A DNA stretch of 32,000 bases from Aciduliprofundum boonei T469 (GTDB taxonomy: Archaea; Thermoplasmatota; Thermoplasmata; Thermoplasmatales; Aciduliprofundaceae). Of this stretch, positions 19,080 to 25,530 are shown one piece after another. The translations under genes and the position numbers were made by a program. The stretch spans positions 1,320,001 through 1,352,000 of the forward strand of contig NC_013926.1 in NCBI RefSeq assembly GCF_000025665.1, read 5' to 3'. The notes beneath the pieces were generated by a model. The model saw only the letters and a list, made by a program, of their open reading frames with translations, made no database searches and was not told the DNA's origin. Each line of letters opens with the position of its first letter. The stretch's first letter is position 1.

Positions 19080-20174
19080 ATGCAAAATCTCAATACAGGT
19101 GCGATGCTTTACATAACCTTTCTCACAGGTGTTTGCAATCTGAACTGCAGGTACTGTGGTGGCTCTATTCCCGAGGAGGTTATGCCCCACGAAATTCAAT
19201 ACAGCATAGAGGATTTGAAAAATTTCGTAGAAAAAGATAAAGATGCGATAATCGCGTTCTATGGCGGAGAGCCGCTTTTAAGAATTGAGAAAATGAAAGA
19301 AATAATGGACAATATCCGAGCGAAAAGATTCGTGGTGCAAACCAATGGAATCTTCCTTCACAAGATTCCAGAAGAGTATTTGAACAGGATTGATGCGATT
19401 CTCGTATCTATCGATGGAGTTCCCGAGGTGACGAATTATTACCGAGGTAACGGAGTTTACGAAATAGTGGTGGATAGAGTGAGAAAAATAAGGGAGAAAT
19501 ACAAAGGGGATCTGATAGCGAGAATGGCCGTGAGCGAAGAGAGCGATATTTATCGGGATGTCACGCATCTTCTTTCTCTCCCATTCGACCATGTGCACTG
19601 GCAATTAAATGTGGTCTGGGCTCCAGACGACTCGTGGCATGATTTTGACTCGTGGGTTAGAAATTCCTACAACCCCGGGATAACAAAATTGGCAAAATGG
19701 TGGATAGAGGAGATAAAAAATGGCAGAATTCCAGGCATTGTGCCATTTCAAGGAGTAATAAAGAGAATGTTCTGGCCTGAAAACGGCGTGCCGTGCGGCG
19801 CGGGCCGTGATGCCTTCGCAATCACCACCGATGGAAGGATTTTGGCATGCCCGATTGGGGGAGAATTTGAGTGGAATGAATTAGGAGACATATGGAACAA
19901 AAAACCGGAAGATGTGAGAAATTCTGTGGAAATCGAAGAGCCATGCCTTTCCTGCGATATATATCCCATTTGCGGAGGTCGATGTCTATTCGCAAATAAA
20001 GAACGGCTTTGGGGGATGAGCGGATTTTATAAGATTTGCGGCACTGTAAGACACCTTGTTGATGAGATGAATGAGGCAAGAGTAGAAATAGAAAAATTGA
20101 TTGATGAGGGAAAATACAAAAAGGAGGATTTTTATTATCCCCCATTCAACAACACTACAGAGATCATACCTTAG
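19080..20174 (+). CDS. Radical SAM enzyme with a C-terminal SPASM-type auxiliary cluster domain
   Basis: CNLNCRYCGG (CxxxCxxC) near the N-terminus. C-terminal Cys clusters are CGAGRDAF..ACP and CLSCDIYPICGGRC. ATG 19080 is preferred over the track start at 19008. Confidence 0.75.
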   Translation: MQNLNTGAMLYITFLTGVCNLNCRYCGGSIPEEVMPHEIQYSIEDLKNFVEKDKDAIIAFYGGEPLLRIEKMKEIMDNIRAKRFVVQTNGIFLHKIPEEYLNRIDAILVSIDGVPEVTNYYRGNGVYEIVVDRVRKIREKYKGDLIARMAVSEESDIYRDVTHLLSLPFDHVHWQLNVVWAPDDSWHDFDSWVRNSYNPGITKLAKWWIEEIKNGRIPGIVPFQGVIKRMFWPENGVPCGAGRDAFAITTDGRILACPIGGEFEWNELGDIWNKKPEDVRNSVEIEEPCLSCDIYPICGGRCLFANKERLWGMSGFYKICGTVRHLVDEMNEARVEIEKLIDEGKYKKEDFYYPPFNNTTEIIP

Positions 20175-20706
20175 CGATTATTTTATTTGCATCTAATATT
20201 ATTTTCTCAAGGATATCTGCATTATAGGGGAATTTCGTGATTATCATCTCCGCAACATCTTTCGAGGAGTATGCATCGTTAACTTTAATTCTATACTTTC
20301 TTTGTAAGTCCAGAATATTAGATATGAATTTCCTGGAATTCTTATCGCTTCCTTTAATATCTGCCTCTTTGAAATTTCCGTAGAACTTTAAATACAAGGA
20401 TGCAGGGGTATAACTTCCTCGAAGATTTATCTTGATTTCCATATTCTCGCATCTAATGTAATGGGCTAAGGAGTATCTTCCAGAATCAAGGAACTCACAT
20501 TGAAGTTTTTCTGCCACTTCCCCAAACAGTTTTTTGACCCAGTTATTTATCATATTTATTATTATGAAATAGGCAACAGCTATGATGACAAAGTAGAGAG
20601 TAATTATTACACTAAAATTGCCGTGAGCAAGATCATTATAAAACGCCGCAATTCCAAGAGCAACAAGGACCAGCGTTATAACATCCAAAATTAAGTAAGG
20701 CTTCAT
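20164..20706 (-). CDS. Hypothetical membrane protein (two N-terminal TM helices plus a soluble domain)
   Basis: 180-aa ORF with two clear hydrophobic spans followed by a charged domain. No motif was recognised. It overlaps the radical SAM 3' end convergently by 11 nt. Confidence 0.5.
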   Translation of the reverse strand: MKPYLILDVITLVLVALGIAAFYNDLAHGNFSVIITLYFVIIAVAYFIIINMINNWVKKLFGEVAEKLQCEFLDSGRYSLAHYIRCENMEIKINLRGSYTPASLYLKFYGNFKEADIKGSDKNSRKFISNILDLQRKYRIKVNDAYSSKDVAEMIITKFPYNADILEKIILDANKIIAKV

Positions 20707-20808
20707 ATTATGTGTATATGGGCAAAAAATTTAAGTTTTCTCATACAATAAAGGATTGCCCGTCTGGCTGGTATTCCTTGAAACATGATAGGATTACCCG
20801 GAGGCGGG

Positions 20809-21864
20809 CTATATTATTCTTACGATTTTCGTTGCACTGGCCTTGAATGATGCATATACTTTGTCTCCCTCACCGAGTTTTAAAGCTTCTACGGCATTCG
20901 GGGTCAACATAACTTTCAAGCTTAATCCATCATTTTTTAATATTACCCAAACAATATGCCCCTCTTTATAGATACTCTCTATTTTCAAAAGTATGGAATT
21001 TCTATGGGACCCTTCTATCCTGTGCTTAGAAAGTATAATATTTTCAGGCCTTATTGACAGCAGAGCATCCTTTCCCTCAGGAGCTTTATCTAATGTATAA
21101 ATATTTGCTCCATTCACATCCACTACCGTTAATCCTTCATATTCTCCCTTTATTTTACCACTTAAAATATTCGTTGCTCCAAGAAATTTTGCCACGAACT
21201 CATCCTGTGGATTTGAAAAAACATCCTCAACATTACCAGCTCTCACTATTTTTCCATCTCTCATAACTGCTAGCTTATTACCAAGAACCCATGCATCCGA
21301 GAAATCGTGGGTTACATGCACAGTATCTATTTCCATTTCTTCTAAAAACTTCCCAATAATCTTCCTTGCAGAGTCTCTCATATTCGGATCCAACGCACTG
21401 AAAGGTTCGTCCAATAGTAATAGCGAGGGCTTTGTTATAACTGCTCTTGCAATAGCCACTCTCTGCATCTCTCCTCCGCTCAAGGTTTTCGGATATCTTT
21501 TCAAGAGATTTTTTATTTGAAGTTGTTGGGCTATTTCTTCCACCTTATCTTTCCATTTCTTACCCTTTATTTTTAAGGGATATGCAATGTTCTCTTCCAC
21601 GGTCATGTGTGGAAAGAGCATATAATCCTGATAGACCATGGCTATGTTCCTTTTATTTGCCGGCAAGTTTGTGATGTTCTTTCCGTTTAATAGGATATCT
21701 CCTGTAATAGGGGTATGAAATCCAGCAATAGTTTCAAGAAGAACTGTTTTTCCGGCTCCTGTTGGGCCAACAATGATTAAATAATCTCCAGTATCAATTG
21801 AGAGATGGTCTATGTTTATATAAAAATTCTCAAGTTTAACTTGCAAGTTTTTTATTTTAAGCAT
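20809..21864 (-). CDS. wtpC: Tungstate/molybdate ABC transporter ATP-binding protein with a C-terminal TOBE-like domain
   Basis: Walker A GPTGAGKT, signature LSGGEMQRV, Walker B LLLLDEP, and a roughly 110-aa C-terminal extension. Confidence 0.83.
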   Translation of the reverse strand: MLKIKNLQVKLENFYINIDHLSIDTGDYLIIVGPTGAGKTVLLETIAGFHTPITGDILLNGKNITNLPANKRNIAMVYQDYMLFPHMTVEENIAYPLKIKGKKWKDKVEEIAQQLQIKNLLKRYPKTLSGGEMQRVAIARAVITKPSLLLLDEPFSALDPNMRDSARKIIGKFLEEMEIDTVHVTHDFSDAWVLGNKLAVMRDGKIVRAGNVEDVFSNPQDEFVAKFLGATNILSGKIKGEYEGLTVVDVNGANIYTLDKAPEGKDALLSIRPENIILSKHRIEGSHRNSILLKIESIYKEGHIVWVILKNDGLSLKVMLTPNAVEALKLGEGDKVYASFKASATKIVRII

Positions 21865-22834
21865 TTTTCATCCTCTCCGCAATTATTTTCAGAAATATGA
21901 AGACAACTAATGTTATCAGCAACAGAAACGCAGTAGCAGGAAGCGCTGCCTTCAAACCATAATTCGTATAGAGGAAGTAAATATAAGTTGGAGCAACCAT
22001 AGGATAGAAGGCAATCATCATAACCGCCCCAAATTCGCTGATAGCACGAGCCCAAGAATTCACCGAGCCTGTGAGAATATTTCCTTTAATTTGGGGAAGT
22101 ATGATTTCCATAAAAGTTCTAAATCTCCCAGCCCCAAGACTCATAGCCGTGTACTCATATCTTTCATCTATTTTCTTTATTCCTTCTCTTACCTGATTTA
22201 TCAGGAACGGTGCGCTAACAAACAGCATTGCTACTATTATCCCAGGCATAGCATAGTAAAATCTTATTCCGATCTCTTCCAAGGGGGCTCCCCATATCCC
22301 CGAGGTTCCAAATACCAGTAAAAGAATTATGCCCGCCACCGTGTGAGGTACAACTATTGGTAAATCTATTATGCTCTCTACTATGCTTTTTCCTATAAAG
22401 TTTCTCCTTGCTAGTACATATCCTATCGGCAGAGCAAAGATGAGGCCAATAACCGTTGATGAGGTGGCTGCCACAAAACTTACGGTTATTGCATTTATTA
22501 ATGATTTATCGTAAATGCTCTGAGGAGAGAAATAAAGTAAAAGATTCAAAATTGGAAATATAATAAATACCAGAAATAGAGAGCCCAAAATGTAAGCAAT
22601 ACGATAAAAGTTATCCCTTTCCATTATTAACAAAAGGTAGATTATAGGCACTATACCAAGAAGCGGATGTATAAATGCCATAAAAGCTAAAAATAAGAAA
22701 ATTAAGTATTTTTTGTTTCTATCTTTTAAAAATATAAGGACAAAAATTGCTATGGACACTGTGACAAATGCGTAGGAACCGAAGAATACTGCTGTTAAGA
22801 GTATTATCAGGGCTGGAAACACATAGCTTCTCAA
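21857..22834 (-). CDS. wtpB: Tungstate/molybdate ABC transporter permease
   Basis: Polytopic membrane protein containing the EAA-type loop (YEYTAMSLGAGRFRTFMEIILP). It overlaps both neighbours (8 nt and 4 nt). Confidence 0.8.
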   Translation of the reverse strand: MRSYVFPALIILLTAVFFGSYAFVTVSIAIFVLIFLKDRNKKYLIFLFLAFMAFIHPLLGIVPIIYLLLIMERDNFYRIAYILGSLFLVFIIFPILNLLLYFSPQSIYDKSLINAITVSFVAATSSTVIGLIFALPIGYVLARRNFIGKSIVESIIDLPIVVPHTVAGIILLLVFGTSGIWGAPLEEIGIRFYYAMPGIIVAMLFVSAPFLINQVREGIKKIDERYEYTAMSLGAGRFRTFMEIILPQIKGNILTGSVNSWARAISEFGAVMMIAFYPMVAPTYIYFLYTNYGLKAALPATAFLLLITLVVFIFLKIIAERMKNA

Positions 22835-23820
22835 GGTTTTACCTCCTTCGGCACATTTCCCACGGGTTCAAATATAGGCTCTTGTCCACAGTTTTTGAGT
22901 ATAGATCTTCCCTCTTTACCTAAAAGCATATTCACAAATTTATAGGCATACTCTTTGTTAGGCGCGTTATTCGGTATAGTTACTGCGTAATTTATGGCAT
23001 CCCCGTGAATTATTTTTCCATCTGCAAGTTTAACCACGGCCTTTGAGTACCATGACACCAATGTGGAATTTGATAAGTTAATAACATCAGGTAATCTAAT
23101 GTAATTAATGTGGTGCTGTTTAGCCACGGACAGATATTCTATCGCATAGTCGATATCTCCTGCCTGCAAGTCAGCCAGTAAATCCACCGATTTCTGCTTT
23201 ATGAAAATTTTTCCCGTTGTAGTGAGCAATTCAGAGTCATTAGGAACAATTATAGTGCCATTATCAATCTTTATTCCTGTGTGATTCAGAATCAAGTTAT
23301 CAAATATCCCATTTTTATACTTAAGCTGTGCCAGATAAAACATTATAACTGCACGATATCCACAGGGATCATCATTTGGCGATGAAAAACCTATGCGCAC
23401 ATCCTTTCTGGTAAGTATGTTCATCCAATTTGTACTATTTATCTCTTTGGCAAATCTGCTATTATTTGTATACGCTATTACAAGCTCGTTTCTGGCAAAT
23501 TTAATATACCAATTTGTGTAATTTGGCATTAAGTAAGAGCTTATTGCATTGTAATCAGCCACTGCTACAACATCCGCCTTTATACCTAACTCGCTTACCT
23601 TCTTCACCGTGTCAATACTTCCTGCAGTTTCAATATAAACCTTTACTCCATATTTCTCTTGAAATTTGTTAGCAAGCTCTTTTAAGGGAACTGAAAGACT
23701 TCCAGCAGCTAGAACCTTTATGCTTCCTTCACTGGTATTCTGGTAATTTATATAATAATAGCCACCTGCAAGCAGTATAAGCAACACTATCAATATTGCA
23801 ATAACCACTTTCTTTGGCAT
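22831..23820 (-). CDS. wtpA: Tungstate/molybdate periplasmic-type binding protein (WtpA-like)
   Basis: N-terminal anchor followed by LAAGSLSVPLKEL and ETAGSIDTVKKVSELGIKADVVAVADY, which resemble the WtpA/ModA fold. A GAGGTGAT Shine-Dalgarno lies upstream. Confidence 0.72.
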   Translation of the reverse strand: MPKKVVIAILIVLLILLAGGYYYINYQNTSEGSIKVLAAGSLSVPLKELANKFQEKYGVKVYIETAGSIDTVKKVSELGIKADVVAVADYNAISSYLMPNYTNWYIKFARNELVIAYTNNSRFAKEINSTNWMNILTRKDVRIGFSSPNDDPCGYRAVIMFYLAQLKYKNGIFDNLILNHTGIKIDNGTIIVPNDSELLTTTGKIFIKQKSVDLLADLQAGDIDYAIEYLSVAKQHHINYIRLPDVINLSNSTLVSWYSKAVVKLADGKIIHGDAINYAVTIPNNAPNKEYAYKFVNMLLGKEGRSILKNCGQEPIFEPVGNVPKEVKP

Positions 23821-23897
23821 TTTATCACCTCGTTATGCTTAAATGAATATAACGCTCTTTTACTTAAATTTTTATCCTACTTCATCATCTCCCTTTT

Positions 23898-24332
23898 ATG
23901 CAATGGTGGATTTATGCAACAATAACGATGGTGATGTTTGGTATAACGAATTTTCTGGTGAAATTAGCAGGGCATTACCATATGGATAGTATATTTACCT
24001 CCATTATTTTATGGCTAGCTGTGGGAGTGATGGGTCTGATGTTTCTGTTTTACTTCTGGCACCAAGGAAGTTTTCAGGAAAATTTGAAAAATACCCCTGC
24101 TATATATCTCCTCCTACCTACATTCGCTGGAGTTGCCCTTGCCATAGGTATGTATTCCATTAAAATTGCCTTGACCAAGGGTCCTGCAGGACCAACAGTG
24201 GCGATATCCGCTTCAAACGCATTTCTTGTTGCTGTTCTTGCGTTTTTCACAATAGGTGAAAAAATATCTGTTGGAAAACTTATTGGAATGTTTGTTATAT
24301 TTGCAGGAATAGTTATAATGACCATGTTCTAA
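23898..24332 (+). CDS. Single-EamA-domain (DMT superfamily) small membrane transporter
   Basis: 144 aa with about 5 TM helices and an EamA-like ending (GEKISVGKLIGMFVIFAGIVIM). Confidence 0.62.
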   Translation: MQWWIYATITMVMFGITNFLVKLAGHYHMDSIFTSIILWLAVGVMGLMFLFYFWHQGSFQENLKNTPAIYLLLPTFAGVALAIGMYSIKIALTKGPAGPTVAISASNAFLVAVLAFFTIGEKISVGKLIGMFVIFAGIVIMTMF

Positions 24333-24335
24333 AAG

Positions 24336-24454
24336 TAGCGGGGGGTGGATTTGAACCACCGATCTCCGGGTCTCGCAAGCCCCTTTACGGGTAAAGCCGC
24401 TTTTTAAAGGGGCTTTATGAGCCCGGCGGGATTTCCTGGCTACCCCACCCCGCT
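24336..24454 (-). tRNA. Initiator-type tRNA-Met (CAU) containing a 44-nt intron
   Basis: Acceptor stem AGCGGGG/CCCCGCT gives an A1:U72 pair. The anticodon stem has GGG/CCC at 29-31/39-41 and the loop is CTCATAA after splicing. The T arm is GGTGG-TTCAAAT-CCACC. Exons total 75 nt. Confidence 0.85.
24372..24415 (-). other. tRNA intron at or next to canonical position 37/38
   Basis: Intron sequence: AAGCCCCTTTAAAAAGCGGCTTTACCCGTAAAGGGGCTTGCGAG. It contains an 11-bp helix (AAGCCCCTTTA / TAAAGGGGCTT). The exact junction is ambiguous by 1 nt because an A flanks both sides. Confidence 0.7.
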
Positions 24455-24518
24455 ATATTTCACGAGTACTTTATGCGAGGTGTTTTTCGGACTATCGTCC
24501 TAAACCCCACCCCGCTAT
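24442..24518 (-). repeat. 15-nt perfect direct repeat of the tRNA-iMet 5' end (copies 24442-24456 and 24504-24518)
   Basis: ATAGCGGGGTGGGGT (minus strand) occurs twice, 62 nt apart. The downstream copy is the real tRNA 5' end. Confidence 0.9.
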
Positions 24519-24568
24519 TGCAATTAAAGGTTATAGAAGAATAGAAAATAAACCTTTCGCCCAATCGC

Positions 24569-24580
24569 AAATTTTAAATC
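24569..24580 (+). promoter_or_regulatory. TATA-box-like element for tRNA-Phe
   Basis: AAATTTTAAATC is centred about 30 nt upstream of the tRNA 5' end. Confidence 0.5.
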
Positions 24581-24604
24581 TCCCTTTACATTTAGGGAAT
24601 TTGC

Positions 24605-24677
<73 letters not shown>

Positions 24678-24678
24678 C

Positions 24679-25458
24679 TCACTCATACCATGCAACAGCC
24701 ATACCAAAATAGGTTGGCAGACCATATACCTTCTTTTTTAATTTTAATGGATTCCCTTTCAGTATACCATTTAAAATTAAAAGTTGCCAGAAGCTATCCG
24801 GTTTAGCATTTTCAATGGTTTTTTCTTTCAATTTTAACAACATATCGAGATTTTCAAGATTTTCCATTATGTACTTATCGTAGTAATCCGCGTCTGGATG
24901 GTATCCATATGGACCATCTTTCCTATGAGCATGAGCGTGATCAGCACTTATTATAACCCCTATTCTCTTTTTGCTATTCATTACTATTTCCCCTACAATC
25001 TTGCCAAAATCTATCAGAGATTCATAGGGTATCTCTCTGGCAGGAGTCATTAGAACCATCTTTCTTTTAGGAAGGAAGTAAAGAGGAATTAAGGTTCCCC
25101 AATCAAGGCAAATCTTGGATAATTCTCCTTCTAATGCTCCAAAATTCACTCCAACAACAGGTAAACTCTTTCTTGTCTTTTCATATATTTCCCATGCCAA
25201 ATCTTTATTGCATTTTATCTTTCTTCTGAATCTAAGATTCTTATATTTCCAAGAGCCTTCAAGGTACTCAGTTAGCATTATTGCCATATGCGTTTGAATT
25301 CTCAAATGGTGTGGGGATACAAAAATATACTCATCCACTTTTTTCTCTTTTATTCTCTCTCCGAGCTCTATCATTGCATTGTGCAATCTTGCAGACTCTT
25401 CATCTTCAGGAATCAATATCTCATCACCATGAGGCACAATAGCTGCAAGCACAAGCAT
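24679..25458 (-). CDS. Class III extradiol dioxygenase (LigB) family protein, function unknown
   Basis: An N-terminal AAIVPHGDE start, VSPHH and SADHAHAH motifs resemble the LigB/PF02900 fold. ATG 25458 is preferred and the track start at 25497 is the alternative. Confidence 0.5.
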   Translation of the reverse strand: MLVLAAIVPHGDEILIPEDEESARLHNAMIELGERIKEKKVDEYIFVSPHHLRIQTHMAIMLTEYLEGSWKYKNLRFRRKIKCNKDLAWEIYEKTRKSLPVVGVNFGALEGELSKICLDWGTLIPLYFLPKRKMVLMTPAREIPYESLIDFGKIVGEIVMNSKKRIGVIISADHAHAHRKDGPYGYHPDADYYDKYIMENLENLDMLLKLKEKTIENAKPDSFWQLLILNGILKGNPLKLKKKVYGLPTYFGMAVAWYE

Positions 25459-25530
25459 GATTAATGAAAGGAAGAGATTAGATAAATAATTTTTCAAAAG
25501 GTTTATCTATTAAATCTTATTCTCACTATT

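Noticed and set aside
20718-20846. 42-codon plus-strand ORF (MGKKFKFSHTIKDCPSGW...) as a possible radical SAM substrate peptide
   Set aside because: It lies 0.5 kb from the rSAM gene, runs antisense into wtpC, and has no Shine-Dalgarno or leader/core-like features. It is worth a glance only if conserved.
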